Shown here piece by piece: positions 1-14,580 of a stretch of DNA of 64,000 bases (within the stretch, counting starts at the first letter, position 1; every line of letters begins with the position of its first letter). Made by a program: the position numbers and the translations under genes. The notes below the pieces were generated by a model that was given only the letters and a program-made list of their open reading frames with translations, was not told the origin of the DNA and made no database searches. Source of the stretch: Lobosporangium transversale (Eukaryota). The DNA is taken from NCBI RefSeq assembly GCF_002105155.1, contig NW_019028981.1, positions 434,001 through 498,000 of the forward strand, in the 5' to 3' direction.

Positions 1-508
1 GGATTTATTCGTTTTTTGTTGTGTGATTAATAAAAAAAGAAAAAAGAAAGGAAAGCCAAAGTTACCCCGATCTGCCCGCTTCAGCTTTGTTTCTTCTGCT
101 AACCAGTGTAAGCATGAAAGAACTTCCTTTCTTTATGCGAACTCATGAATGAGAGGCCTTATGAATAAATTGATGTAATATATACGTGCGCATGTAAAGG
201 ATAATAAAGATGACAGACGGTGGAAGCATTGACCATGTTGCATAGGAGTGGGAAATTGTCCAGATGTAGTCTTAGGGATGCTCCCTTCTTTCTATCACAA
301 TGGGGTCTGTGAGTGTTAGTGTAATAATACCGCGTCGAGGTCTACGTTTACCGTTGTGCAGTTAAGGGTAAGAGAGAAAAAATGCAATCATGTCACTTGG
401 ATCGTACAGATCATGTAAAGAACACAACAAAGGTGCTTTTTTTTTTGTACCCCCTTGGAAGTTTCTATTCCATGAGAGGGGTTGTGGAGAGAAATCAAAA
501 AATCCAGT

Positions 509-544
<36 letters not shown>

Positions 545-1082
545 CGAGGGATATGATGCATGCATGCAAGTTTTGAATGTGTGGGGTTGTAGTCTTTTAT
601 TTACTTTTTTTTTTTGGTCTGATGACCACTTCCTTTTTTACTTATTATTCTAATCAAAGAGTCCAAAAGAGTGCTGTTTCACCAAACGCGACCAGGACGC
701 GTTGTTTTTTTTATCCTTGTCTTGTACTTCCGGATCATTCTTTCTCTCTCCATCTAGGCTAAGTACTCACTCACACTCACCTTCATTTCCATTGACTCCA
801 CATAAAGCATTGAGCGGCGAGCATGGACGAGTTTTTGTTTTGCCACATTGCCACATTGTCATCACTGTCCTTGGCCTTATTTTGGGTACATGTACATGTT
901 GAGGAAATGAACTTTAAAGATCTGTAAATAAATAAATAAAAAGCACATCAGTTCTCGCCATCATCATTCTTTTTTTCTTCTTGCTCTCACGGTTGCTATT
1001 CTCTCATTTTCTCCCGCTTTTTGTGCTTTACCTTTTTGTTTGTTCAAGATCTGCCTGCATATCCCTTCGCGTGACAGCATTA

Positions 1083-1119
<37 letters not shown>

Positions 1120-1385
1120 CCCCCATCGCATCGAGCCACAATTGTGTCCCTGTCTGTCCCTGTTTCGCTTCCCCTTTCCCCATTTTTTTTTTTTTTTTTG
1201 TGTGAGAGAGGAAAGAGATTTTTGTTTATCTAACTTGCTTCCTCCACAACTTCGACATTGGTCATTCTTCACCATCTCCCAAACTAAGGCAAACACATCC
1301 GAAATTTACTTCATTTCACATCTCTTACTCTCATTACTTCTTTCACTCTCACTCTCACTTCTCATCCTTCATATAAAAAGACACA

Positions 1386-2147
1386 ATGACTCGAATGTCA
1401 TGCCCAGTTCAAGAGAGTGTACTCCAACAACTATTCAAGGTTCTCACCAACCTGGTATCAAGTGATAACACAATCCGAGCCTCGGCCGAGACCTATCTTA
1501 ATGCTGATTGGATACTCAAAAAGCCAGATGCTCTTCTCTCTGGACTTGCACACTTTGCAAAACATAGTGAAGTGGCCGATGTAAGTCATAAGACAAAAAA
1601 GGGGGATCTTGTTAGGAAAAATAAAGATAATGCAGGTTCTTGATCTGGCTGATCAATAGAGAGATAGAAAGAGGGGAAGAGTGAGAAAGGGTTGGATCGC
1701 GTGAGAAAGATGCATCAGACATAAAGGGCGTGTTGTTCATTTTTTATATATATGTATATTTATTCATATTTCTTATTGTATTCTACTATCCTTCACGTCG
1801 GGACAGTTACGTTCTTTCGCTGCAGTCTTAACACGTCGAGTTGCTTTCAAAGCTCCCGCGAACCAAGATGCCAGATCATCAGGGACCAAGTCTCCATCAT
1901 CGCCTATTCCATCTTCAGCTAGTTCGGAAACAACGTTATGGGGCAATGTACAAGAAGATACTCGGACGTATGTCAAGGCTCAATTCTTGGAGTCACTTGT
2001 ATTTGAGATTCAGAAATCTGTTCGTATTAAGATCTGCGACACCATCGCAGAGATTGCGCGTGCCAGCATCCAGAGAGAGGATGAGAATAATGAAAGAAAT
2101 GAGAGTAAGTATCTTTCTAAAAGAAACAAGAAAACTTCCCATCTATT

Positions 2148-2179
<32 letters not shown>

Positions 2180-5100
2180 CACAGGATCTTTAACCTGCAT
2201 GTTTGTGTTTGTGTTTGCGTTTTTTTTTTGTGACACCATCACTATTAGATTCCTTTTGGCCAGAACTTCTCCCAGCACTGTTTGAATGTGCCAAATCTTC
2301 AACTCCAGAAGTACGCGAATCTACTTACAGGATCTTTGCGTCAGTGCCACATCTCATCGCTTCACAAGATGTGGAGGTCCTTAAAAATGTGTTTGCTGCA
2401 AGCCTCAAAGATGAGAACCTTCAGGTATTATATGAAATCATTTTATCTCTTCCCGCAGTCTAGTGAACGTGATTAATCTTTATTATTATTATTATTATTA
2501 TTTGTTTCTTTTCACCAACAGTCTAATGCCATGTAATTCATATGAATGAAACAAAACATAGGTTCGTCTAGCTGCAACAAAATCCGCAGCATCTTTCATG
2601 CTCGACACTGACCACAACACCCGTAATGCACTTATGCCTTTGATGCCATTTGTGCTCGATACCCTTAACAGCCTCATGACCGTCAAGGATGAGGCTGGAC
2701 TTGTGGAAGGTCTCGGCGTCGTGATTGAGCTTGCAGAGAACTCTCCACGACTTTTTCGTCATGTCCTCATGACTATGGTCCCCTTCATGCTATTGATCAT
2801 CAAGAACAAGTCCTTTGGAGACCAACCACGCCAATCTGCATTAGAGCTTCTACTTACGATTGCAGAATGTGCTCCTAATTTGATCCGCAAATCTGCTCCA
2901 GATTTCACGGTGACTCTTGTGCCAGTGATCTTGGAGATGATGAAGGAATTGGATGATGACGATCAAGAATGGTACGCAACCGATGATCAAAATGAAGATG
3001 ATGAAGAAGAAAATTATGTCCTTGGAGAACATGCCATGGATCGGCTAGCTCGCGCTCTAGGCAGCAAAGCAATGCTGCCGGTCTGCTTCCAATACATCCC
3101 ACAGTTGCTGGGCAACCAACAGGACTGGACAGCACGGCATGCAGGTCTTATGGCTGTTTCTTCAATCGCCGAAGGTTGTGCCCGAATCATGGAAAGAGAG
3201 CTGGCCAAGGTCCTCCATATGGTTGTGCCGTTCCTCAAGGACTCCCATCCAAGAGTTCGTTACGCTGCCTGTCACGCGATCGGACAGATGGCAACAGACT
3301 TCAAAGGCACGATGCAAAAGAACCACCATGCGTTAGTTCTCACCAATCTGATCCCAGTTATGGACGATGCCCCCCATCCAAGAGTCCGTGCTCATGCTGC
3401 GGCGGCTCTCGTAAACTTTTGTGAGGCAGCAGAGAAGCGTATTTTGGAACCATACTTGGATGCTATTTTTGAGAGACTGTTGTCGCTACTCAAAACGGGG
3501 ACGACGTATGTGCAGGAACAAGCCATCACAACCATTGCCACTGTGGCTGACAGTGCTGAAGACCGTTTTGTAAAGTACTACAATGGGATTATGCCCTTGT
3601 TAATTGATGTTCTTCGCCAAGCGACAACCCCCGAATACAGGCTATTGAGGGGTAAAGCGATGGAGTGCGCCAGCTTGATTGCGTTGGCCGTGGGTAAAGA
3701 TGTTTTTGGGCCTCATTCACAAGAGTTTGTCAAGTTGTTGGTTCAGGCTCAGACATCCTTGACCGAGCTGGATGATCCTCAAGCTTCCTATCTTTTGGCA
3801 GCGTGGGCTCGCATCTGCAAAGTGCTCGGACAGGACTTTGTCCCTTATCTCGACACTGTCATGCCACCACTCCTCACCAGCGCTGCACTCAAGCCAGACT
3901 TTGCAATTCTGGATCCTGAGGACGATGTTGCGTCCAAGTATCCTGCAGAGGACGGATGGGAGTTTGTTACTGTAGACGGCCGACAACTTGGTATCAAGAC
4001 GACAATGATGGAAGAGAAATGTACTGCTCTTGAGATGCTGAACTGTTATGCGCGTGAGCTTGGATCCGGATTCCGGCCTTATATTGAAAGGGTTCGTGAC
4101 ATCGCATTGCCTCTCCTTCGATTCTACTTTCATGAGGGAGTTCGACGTGCATCCGCGGCTATTCTGCCACAACTGATCTCTTGCGCTAAACAGTCGGAGC
4201 TTGGGGAAGACTACCTACATAATATGTGGAGCGGTATTTGTCTCAGAATGATTGATACCATGTCTACAGAGACAGACGCTACATATTTACATCACTTGTA
4301 CAATGCGTTCCACGAAGCGTTGGACTTCATGGGGCCCAGCCCTAGTCTCTCGCTCGAAATGATGGAGGCTTTCACAAAGGCAACCAAACGTCAGTTGAAG
4401 GAACTATACGCACGTTTGAAGGATCGTGAAGAGGCAAGGGCAGCTGCGGGATTGGAAGTGGAGGAACGAGTAGCGATTGAAGAAGAAGAGTTCAATGAGG
4501 AGTCTGTTTTGAATGAAATTTCGGGAGCGTTACAAAGCGTGCTCAAGTATCATGGCGTAGCATACATGGCCTCATTCCGAATGCTCACGTCGGTGATGAA
4601 CAGGTATCTAGGCTCATCCAACTTGATTGCACGTCAATGGTCCCTCCGTGTGTTGAATGATTTTGTAGAGTTCACAGGTCAACATTCATGGCCGGTCATG
4701 GTCTCGTTCCTTCCACAGATGCTCGAATCAGTTGTGTTTGCAGACTCAGCAGAGATTCGTCAGGTAGCCTGCTATGGTATTGGTCTTTGTGGACAGTATG
4801 GAGGCTCACAATATGCAGAAGTCTGTGCCGCGGCTCTGTCGTTGCTTTTCCAAGTGATCTATGAGCCTGGCTCCCGAGACCCCGAGAATATCTTGGCGAC
4901 TGAAAAAGCTATCGCTGCAGTGGCAAAGATTTGCAAATTCAATCATTCACAGTTTGATGTTAATGCGGTCTTACCTTCATGGATTCAAACCTTACCGATC
5001 CTGCATGATGAACGCGACGCGTCAATGACGTATTGTTATATGTTGGACCTAATTGAGGCGTAAGTGTTTCTCCCTCTTTGCTTAACTATCTGCCTATGAA

Positions 5101-5405
5101 ATATAAAAGATACTTGATGATCGTCTATCCTCATTTTCTCTTGTTAATTATTAATAACAATAATATTGTTATTTTTTAGACAAAATATGGCACTTCTCGG
5201 TCTTAATAATGTAAATCTGCCCCATATCACAGCCGTAATGATTGAAGCGTTGGCAGCTGGGATTGTTCCTGAACCAATGATAGCAAGGATGATGCAGACA
5301 TTTAAAGCAGCCCTCAGCATGTTAGATTCTAATACAACCACAGTCATCTGGAGTAAGATTGCACCCGAGAAGAAGAAAACATTACAGGAACTAAAGTACA
5401 TTTAA
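1386..5405 (+). CDS. PSE1: Importin-5 / karyopherin beta-3 (Pse1/Kap121-like), about 5 exons
   Basis: HEAT-repeat importin motifs (DNTIRASAE, ARHAGLMAVSSIAEGC, HPRVRYAACHAIGQMATDF, RLLRGKAMECASLIALAVGK). Exons about 1386-1580, 1809-2104, 2249-2425, 2562-5059 and 5180-5405, joined by GT-AG introns. Confidence 0.9.
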
Positions 5406-5435
5406 AGACTCTTTGTGGGGTTCCGTTATATGAAA

Positions 5436-5484
<49 letters not shown>

Positions 5485-5849
5485 GTGTACATATTTTTAT
5501 TCCTTCATATTGTTAGTCGGGCAAATCTGCCAGATAAAAGTTTTGAGCACTTTTTGCTTATTATTTTTTTTTTTCCTCGTCAGCTCATTAAGTAATACCT
5601 TCCTTTTCTGAGCACACATTTACGTCTGGCTCCGGACACATCTAGAAAGGTACCTTGAATGACAATTGCTTAAGTATCAAGTAAGGATTTTACTGGAATG
5701 TCGCTCGACTTAAAAGTTCCACATATAGGCATGTCTAACCACAGATTGACTCTTCGCATTGAGACGTTGCACAATATGCACGTGACTGGTATTTGTGTTA
5801 CAAATTGCTGCGCCTAAACTTAATATTTTTGCTCCTTCGAAAGGACATC

Positions 5850-6128
5850 AAAGCTAGTATGAAAGCCATCCAGTCATTGAAGGTCATTCCTTCATTAATG
5901 CTTGGGATCTAAGAGAAGCATACAAAAGAAACATCTATCGCAACGCTGTAGGAGCAGACAGCATCGCTCGACGTGTAGACCGCGAGCTGACTGAGCTTAC
6001 TCTGCCTCACATTATGGCCAAAAAAAAAAAAAAAAAAAAGATCCAGCCAGAGCTGCAACGTGCAAATATTCCTGAAGATGTTCTAAGACATGATAGGTGA
6101 AAACGTTACGTATACCTACTACAAGCGT
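5850..6128 (+). pseudogene. Decayed remnant of a Fanzor-like C-terminus plus the 5' motif of the candidate omegaRNA
   Basis: 5933-6010 translates IYRNAVGADSIARRVDRELTELTLP, similar to FDRDAVGAENIARVCESQIREQKRP in the intact gene. CTACTACAAGCGT at 6116-6128 resembles the scaffold start CTACTACAAACAT. Confidence 0.55.
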
Positions 6129-6323
6129 ATTCTATTAAAGATGTGATTCCTTTGCCCGCCAGACCATGTGGTTTAGGAGATATTATTAAATATTACGTTT
6201 TAAGGCACTTGTAATAAACGATGCGAGAATAAGTGTGGTTAAGGAATGATATGAGAGATGATGAAGGAATAAGAGAAAAAGTAAAAAAACCTAATGAAAT
6301 AAATTATAAAATAACTTTTTTTT

Positions 6324-7983
6324 TTAATGGTTCTGTTGGTTCTCGCGCTTCTTATACGGGTTTCTCTCCTCTGCTGGCGTAAATGAACTGGTCAGCAAAG
6401 ATGCGGGGCGATGGGTAGACGATGCTGAATCCTGAGTAAGGCTGTTATTGGAATTTGCATTCGCGATGGGTGTAGGGGGGTGCGGGCCCTTATCAGGGGC
6501 GTGAGCATAGTTGCTCTTTGTCATCGTAGGGCCACCGGCGCCACGGCCTCCTCGTGCTGTCATAACCGGGCTACTTGTTGCGATCGAAGCCAGGTCGTTG
6601 TATCTAGTAGCGGCGGCAGGTTCCTTGAGCTTACGTGCTGTGCTTTTTTTTTCTGCACGCTTATTGCTAAATCGGATTACATAGAACCCTACAAAGCCAG
6701 CAAGGACCAAGGCACCGACAGCAGAGCCAACGCCGATCAAGATCATCTTTGTCTTTTCGGTTACTACAATTTCACCGGGTGGAGGGTCATCTGCGGCTAT
6801 TTGTGCTTCTGAATCTGCGGGCGGGCCACTGATAGATGAGCCTGGGCGAGGAGCTTGATTGCTTGGGATGAACAGCATGAGTTTGCAGCGAGCTGAACCA
6901 TAAGCAACCGCGCCTGTTGAGTCATAGTAAGGCCAGTCGAATGCGACTTGATATTGCTTTATATAAAAAATAAAATAAAACATGTTATTAGTCGAGAGTA
7001 AATCCATTATTGATTCGGGTAATAATGAATTCTATCTAGAATAAAACGATCATCAGAATATCCGTCTTTTCTAGGGCATATTCCCACCCTTTGTCAAAGA
7101 TCTTTTTTTTTTTTTTTTTTTTTTTTTTCACAGAGTGGATGAAGGAAACGACATACGCCTTAAAAAAAAGAGCAGGTCTACTGTTTCTATTTGTTCTTTG
7201 GAAGGAACTTCTCGATTTTTTTTTTAGCGGATGGCGTTTTATTACTGTTGGGTTGGGATCCCACCAGATTGATGGAAATCCATACGCACGTGTATGCAAT
7301 GTCCGATTTTTTAGGCAAAACAATCTCGAGAACCTCGTTGAGAAAGGCGAGCAGGTTATTTTAGTTAAGCATCTCTCATCCCGTAGGCAAGGCACGCTTC
7401 ACCATTCCAGATCATGCACAGATGCTCTTGATCAAGTTTGGTAGACCTTTTTTTAAAAAAGGGGCTCCTAGCAGTCTATTTTCTCCTACACTCTTGTACA
7501 CGTGCATAAATACTTTAGATACCGCTGATGTCACCTCGTTCTTCGCCCAATTGCAGTAAGCTTGCAATAAATAGAAAGGAAGGTAGAAGGGATTGGAAGG
7601 GAGAGTAAAGTAAAAAATAAAAAAAGAAAAGAAAAGAAAAGAAAAAGGCTTACATTATGAGGACATACTGCACTATGACCAGGCATCGTGGAGTCGACGG
7701 TCCAGTACACAGGTGGGGTCGAGTTCGTGTTGAATGTGGTGATGGTCTGAACCACCTTATGGTTCTGAACACAATACAGATTCATTTTAAAAGACTCGAG
7801 GACCGGAATCTTTGTATTGCTCCAGTAGAATTTGAGTGTAGCGTTGACGCGAAATGTATCAGGGCCAAATTTTCGACAAATCAGATCTGCCTTTGCTGAT
7901 AATGGAGCCATTGACATCAACCCGACTGCTCCTGCAAGAGCTAGTGATGCTACTGACTTGAACATGTGGAATTGTGCTCTCAT
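6324..7983 (-). CDS. Signal-peptide, single-pass type I membrane protein of unknown function (about 320 aa)
   Basis: Exon 7983-7654 (signal peptide, Cys-containing ectodomain), GT-AG intron 7653-6957, in-frame exon 6956-6324 with TM helix MILIGVGSAVGALVLAGFVGFYVI. Confidence 0.75.
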
Positions 7984-8311
7984 TTTGTTGGTGCTGTTGT
8001 TTCGTTAAGGATGTGTTAAGGGTTCAAGGATGATGACAAGTATCTATTGGAATGTGTATGGAGAAGAGGATGAAACCGAAGGCTCAGGGAACTGTAGAAT
8101 ATGTGTAGCAAATAAGAAACATAAAAAGCGGTCCAGGAATATGATTAGTCGCTATTAGTAAAAATGAAAGGGCTGCCTTGGACATCAATTGAAAAAAAAA
8201 AAAAAAAAAAAAAGAAGAGAAAAAGAAAAAGGAAAGGAGGCAAAAAAAGGGAATAGAAAGAAAATGGTAGAATTATGGCATGGATCGGAGGCTGCTGTTA
8301 TCATAGATCTG

Positions 8312-8358
<47 letters not shown>

Positions 8359-8500
8359 TTTTTTTTTTTTTTTTTTTTTTTTTGGTTATTTGTGGTCAAT
8401 GGTAGAAAGAAGGAAGAGAAGGATTTGAGTAAGCCTCTTCTCCTTCTTGAAATACGGCGCTGTATAAGTATGCCCTTGATTATCGCAAAGTGTCCTGGTC

Positions 8501-8535
<35 letters not shown>

Positions 8536-11500
8536 CATTAGCTGCTGATATTGATGTGGAAGCTGGAGTTGAAGTTGATAAGGACCATGTTCGTTCGATA
8601 GAAGGTTGACACCTGTGGTACAGTATTTACTCACCCTTAATAAAAATTATTATTCTTAATTCAGTACTTAATGTAAACTGAATAAAAATAAAGCATGTCA
8701 AGCACGGGAAGTGGAAATGATATTCAGGGATGGAAGGAGGTCAGAGTGTAAAGTCGCAAGGAATGTCAATGAATAATGGGCAATGAGATTCGAATGAATG
8801 GAATGGGAAGCTGTCGAAGCAATGGCCTAACTAAAGAGAAAAAAAAAAAGAAGGAAGAAAAGAAAGCGAAAAAAAGAAGGGGCGAAGTAGCCAGATGCCA
8901 GGATCGGACTGCCAGGACCAGACTGCCAATTGCTCTCAGTGCTCGGATGCTATGCGGTACGACGTCTCCAAACGCAGTTGGGGTGTCCTCTTTTTCTTAT
9001 TGTTTGATAATAATAATGACGATCTCCTTTTTTGTTTTGTTAATGCAATGAAGGCAATGAAGAGAAGCTTTTGTTCATTTTCGTGCCCGTGCTCTCAAAA
9101 TTACTTCGCCCCGATGTCAACTAAAAAAGAAGGACAAAAGATTGTTCATGAGTCCATGCAAATCAATTAATAAATGTTATTAATACATCTATGGACTATA
9201 CAACAGATAAGCAGACCTTTTCCTCTTTGATCTTAACTGCTGCTGCTAACTGGTAACCTACTTCTGGTGGGTGCTCAGATGCTCTCACCTCAACCCTCAT
9301 AGCCAATCTTCTCCTTTATCTACCTCCTCGTTCCTCCACTTTCTCCCACCCTTCTACCCTTTTTTTAAGGAAAATATTTATTGTTCCTGTCAGTAAAAAT
9401 AGGACAGTGGAGGAGAAATGTCGGACATGTTGCTCTAGGCACTATTTTACATCATGCTCTAACTCCTATAGTACATAGATATAGTGAGAGCTCTCGGAGG
9501 ACCGCTTTTTCTTAAATCCCCAGTCTCCGTTTCGCTTAATAGCTCGAATATGTATTTTTATATATACAAGAGTAGAAAAGTATCATAGATCATCCAAGTA
9601 AAGACATGTTTCAAAAGAAAAAACTCATTATCGTTGATAGAAAGATAGATGCAAGGTTTTCAACACGCCTTGCGATATAATCCGATTCAGAAGATAACCA
9701 ACATCGGTGAAGAGAAGTCTCCCTATCCCCCCTCTCTCCTTCTTTCCTCTCCTTCCTCATGGCTCCGGAATAATAAAAGCTCGAGGTTAGAGTACACGTT
9801 TCACAAAACATATTATCCCTGTATAAAGAATTCTATCATCTCCTCCAGGTTGCTTCAAGGAATAGCTTTCGTAAGCGTTGCTTGAGTGTGTTTGAATTCC
9901 TGCTTGCATGGATGTGTTCCTTGGTGTCGTTTATCATTAAAAAAGTTCAGGTGCACAGACAACATTTGAATTAGAATTTAATAAGGCTCCCATGATCCAT
10001 TTTTGACCAACGATTTAGGCCATGTGCTTTTTTATGATCTTTTTTGAGTACATGTGAACTCTATAAACTATGACTTTTTATCCTGAACTGAATAGCCTGT
10101 CGACTACTGAGCTCAGTGGTAGAGCTTGCATGAGGTTGGCGGAAAAGAGAAGCTGCTAGCTTGCAAGGCTTGTAAGGTTTGCAAACTTCCAATAGAACGA
10201 GCTTGAAGCAAGATACCCTCTTACGATTTTAAGGAAGGATACATAATTTATTTCCTAGAAAATGTCGCCTAGAAACGACAGCAGAGTGGGTAGAGGTGGG
10301 AGCAGCAACCCCTAGGAGGCCGGATATGTTGTTTGTTTGGTACGCTGCCAGCTCATGCTTTCTAAGCCATAACCTGGGAAAGAGTCATCTACCATAATAG
10401 CAGTAATAGTAATGATAGCAGTATACTGACTGATATGTCGCGCTATATCTTTCGACGTTATCGGGATGATGAAGAGCCTTAAGACATCATGCCAAGGCTT
10501 TGAAAAGCATGCTGGAGTTGGAGGAGGACAGCGACGGATATCTGGCAACGAGAGGAAACCGTCGCTCTTTAGGCGGATATCACCGCCTGCTTAATTATAC
10601 TTTTAAGCCCAGGCTTTAACTCACAATGATCAGCGCTGCTCACGGAGACCCGCTTATTAAAGTTTCGTTTATAAGAGATAGAGACGTGCTTGGTTTAATT
10701 TGTTTGTGGTCCAGTTTAACTTTTTAGCACTATCCTTTGGTATATTAAGTATCTTACTATTATTACTTTTATTTTTCAATATCAGCCATTGCACTGGAGC
10801 ACAGATGCCTGTCGAATAATGAGGTAAATCGACTTGCATTAAATAAAAGAGACAGATAAAAAAACCGGAACATGAATAGTAAACATGATTCCCTATTTCT
10901 GGTTTATTTCCTCTCTCCTTGTCCCGAATCCTTGCTGTAGCAGAATTAATACATGTCAATCCTCGGTGCACTTTTATATTTTCATTATTCAAAGTAATGT
11001 AATAAATGCTTTACATTGTTATATCGTATACTATTGCTACATCACTAACTTGGCAAGTGAAGGCAAGTGCTAAGTTGATGAGCCGTGTCATTTGCTAAAT
11101 GCCAATTATCCTCCTTCCTATCCACTTCCTTGTATCGGTGTAACTATCGAACATTCTCTGTGAAAAGCGAATACGGAAATTAGAAAAGCATGATAGACGA
11201 GTTAATAGGATAACGATGATAGCAAAGGTGAATGAAATCACGTTCACCAAGAACACGAAGGCTGATCAGGACTTTTGTCCATTGCATTGCTAGATGGTTG
11301 GTATGCGTTTATGTATTTGCACTTAGTGTGTTAGTGAAGGCTTCTCGAGCATACTGGATAAGTCGTATGCTGTTCGTTTTAATCTTCATCTAATGGTTTA
11401 AGGGCCTGCTCTTTTTTTTTTTTTTTTTTTTTTTTTTGTTGATTGTAAAAAGTAGGGCCAGGAGCTGGCGCCTATTTCGCCGCTAACTCATAATAGCAGG

Positions 11501-13949
11501 GTTCGGTTGTTTGCCCTGTTAGGCTTGGGTATGGGATGCGCCATGGATAACATGGTGTAAACCCAGTGCTTTTTTTTTTTACTATAACGAGGACTGTATT
11601 CTTGATCATGGTTGCTGATAATAAACCTTCCATTAGTGATAAAACCTTCGCAGTTGTACGGTAATTTTTTGCTACTTTGGTGTGCTCATTCTCGTCTAGT
11701 AAATCGTTGACATGTGGAACAATCGCGCCATTTCATGGCCCCTCATGTTTTTGTCTGGGTTGCCCTTGGGAAATACATTTCGGAGCATTTAGATGAGGCC
11801 CTCTCAGTTTTTTGTGCGAGGTCTAATAGTAGGCCTCTACGCATTACCTTTCAATGCTCTCTATCATCCCTATCTCATCCGGGATTTATCCTTAGCACAC
11901 TGGGTAATCTCTCATCATCATCATCATCATCAAGGTCCTGCTTTTCGCCGTGGCCACCTGGTTTCCCTCACATTCGTCACCGTTATCTGATATTTTCAGC
12001 ACGGTCACCTGAGCCGCTACCATCTCCCGCCACTGCAATATGTGCACCTCCGTAGCGGCGTCGGGTACCATAGCGAGAAATACTCGGTTTGGAAATAGGA
12101 TGGGAAATAGCCACTTCTCCTTGGGCTACATTTCACAAAAAGGACATATGAATACATTCTTTGATAGAGAAGAGAAAACTATTGTAATATGACGATATTC
12201 ATGTCGTATACAGACGATAGACTAGCATTTACAGTTCTACAATGGAGCACACAGGAAGCCGTGGGCACAACGAGGTTATTGGGATGCTTGTGAGCTACCT
12301 TTGCCAAGGGTCCGTCATTTGGATGGTCGTTGCCTTTAGCTAGGACGAGGGTGCCCCTTATTCTAGTGCTGTTAAGTCTATTACCGGTCTAGGGCACGCA
12401 TCGCAGCTGATGACCTGAGGATACCTTTCAGCTTGCTGACTAGCGCTACACTTGGGCTCGACATTCACGGCGCTATCGGGGGCTCGTTGGAACCAACGAT
12501 TGGTGGAATGCTATGGCTCCTTTGCACGATTCTTTTTGCTAGTGCTTCCTCAGCATCTCCGTTGGGCCACCGTTAATCGACGGCTATTGGAGGAAGATGC
12601 CTGACCCAGCATCGTGGTTCCAGATTTCCTCTTCCTACTCGTGGGTATTCAGAAGATATAGGTGCATGAAGAAAAGAAAAAATAAAGCTTGCTTAGAGCT
12701 TAAAAAACTTGGCGACAAAGAAAGGAGGGAGAGATGCGCCAAAGAAAACAGATGAAGTTGTGGATGGTTATATTTGAAGGAAGCCTTTTTTTTTACCTTA
12801 CCAAGGGTACAAAAAAAAAAAAAAAGGAATGGAGAGTAAAAAGCACTGGGAATAATATTCCATCTTCAATAGTATACAACTGACTCTATACAAGCAGTTG
12901 GAGTACGAGCCACACTGTGAGCGATGTAAAGTGATTGAAACTCAAACTTGCATACGCTTATCTCCACTCTGTTCACTAGCATTAAGCTTAACCAACAATT
13001 GATGACTCTGCCAGTCAAGCCTATTATTTTTTCTTCCTTTCCTTACCACCAGTGATTGCCGCCGGTGCATTTCTTTTTTCGCCGATGGGCTTGACTGGTG
13101 CAATGCTCCGCTAGTCTACAAGTATCAGTATGATGCACCCTAACACAATTATCTTGTTGCATCCCTGGTACATCATACCAGGAACCACCAAGTGATACAC
13201 CGCACCGAAAAAAATCTCACACCGTGGTGCAAAATTCACCAGTGAAAATCATCTGCACGCGCTCTATCTGGCAAAACCCATACCATCTCTAACAAAATGA
13301 ATTATACAGATTTATTCATAGATCGACTTGTGGTTTTTGCCAGTAACATCAGTGGCGGTGTGGTTTGCAGCAATGAAATGGAAACAAAAAGACAGAGCTA
13401 AACACGTTGGTACGCCAGTGGCGTATATAGATGTAATGATGGCAACAAAAGAGCCGGGGGCTGGTTAGGGTGATTCAGGAAGTTGATCTAAATGAGGAGA
13501 AAATTACTACACAACGTTGTGCTTCAAATGCATTGGTTGTTTTAGTTTTGTGTCATCCATTATGCTGGTTGAAATCTAAATATACTCCCGCACTGGTCAT
13601 GTCAGACATGCACATGTAGATATTCTCTTGACGAAAATGAATAAATACCCACTGTGTCTGGTGTGTGGACCTTAACTCTTTCTAATTTACTTCTCTCTCT
13701 CTCTCTCCCTTCCCTTCTCCCGCCAAATATCCATTCATCTCACTACTTACATTAAAACTCTACATGACTCCCATCAAAAACAAACAAACAAAAAACCCCT
13801 CCCATCCACATTTTTATACCAATCCTTCTCATCGTACTCGAATGTAGTGTCCAGCTAACAATGACCTAAGCCTGGTTTAAGTTCGTATCCAGAAGAAGTG
13901 GTTGGAGCAGCATTCGGCTTAATGATATCATCATCAAGGGTATTATTGT

Positions 13950-14472
13950 CCTCAAGAAGGCGAAGCCAATGAATGATGTCGCCTCAAGACAGGAAGGTGC
14001 CGGCGAGCGAGGCGATTTCCGGGCCCCCCAGGGAAAGCAATTTTGGGATTGTTAATCATGCGAAGAGACTCCCACAAAATCCGAACATAGTTCCCTATTA
14101 AGTTTTGTACTCAATTAGAGCTCGCTTCTTGACACGAGTGCAATTTTTGTGCCTTTCTAATATCCTTCTTCGAGTCCTTAGTCCCACATTCTGCAAAGAC
14201 CTGCTGAAGTGTTTGTCGAGCCTCTAGTGCTACTCCTTGGTTGTGCCTGCTATCCTTCTCGGTTTTCTTGAGATCAATTAGAAACAAATCGTATCCCTGG
14301 AACATCTCCAAGACTTTCCACAGCACAATTGTATCAAAAGGGATCTGGCAAGTATGTTGTGGAAAGTCTTGGAGACACGAATACAATACAAGAGTTCTTA
14401 TTAAGGGAGAAAGCTGTCAGCAAGCGAAACGATTTCTGGGATCTCCAGGGGATGCAATTTGGGGCCGTTCAT
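13950..14472 (-). pseudogene. F-box protein pseudogene fragments
   Basis: From ATG 14472: MNGPKLHPLEIPEIVSLADSFLP**ELLYCIRVSKTFHNILAR, a typical F-box N-terminus with two stops at 14403-14398. A second fragment PEIASLAGTFLS*GDIIH lies near 14030-13960. Confidence 0.6.
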
Positions 14473-14548
14473 TTTATGCAAAGGGAAATGAGAGAGGGTT
14501 CAAGGTTAAAGATTAAGAGATAACTTTTTTTTGCAAACAATTATTGCC

Positions 14549-14580
<32 letters not shown>

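Noticed and set aside
362..1296. Short ORFs with poly-Lys or poly-Phe (also at 7.0-9.2 kb and elsewhere)
   Set aside because: They are translations of poly-A/T tracts in intergenic DNA and introns, with no coding features.
10105..10128. tRNA D-arm-like GAGCTCAGTGGTAGAGC
   Set aside because: No anticodon arm, T arm or acceptor stem follows.
11700..12670. GC-richer, coding-like minus-strand stretch
   Set aside because: Many stops and no recognisable family; at most an unassignable pseudogene.
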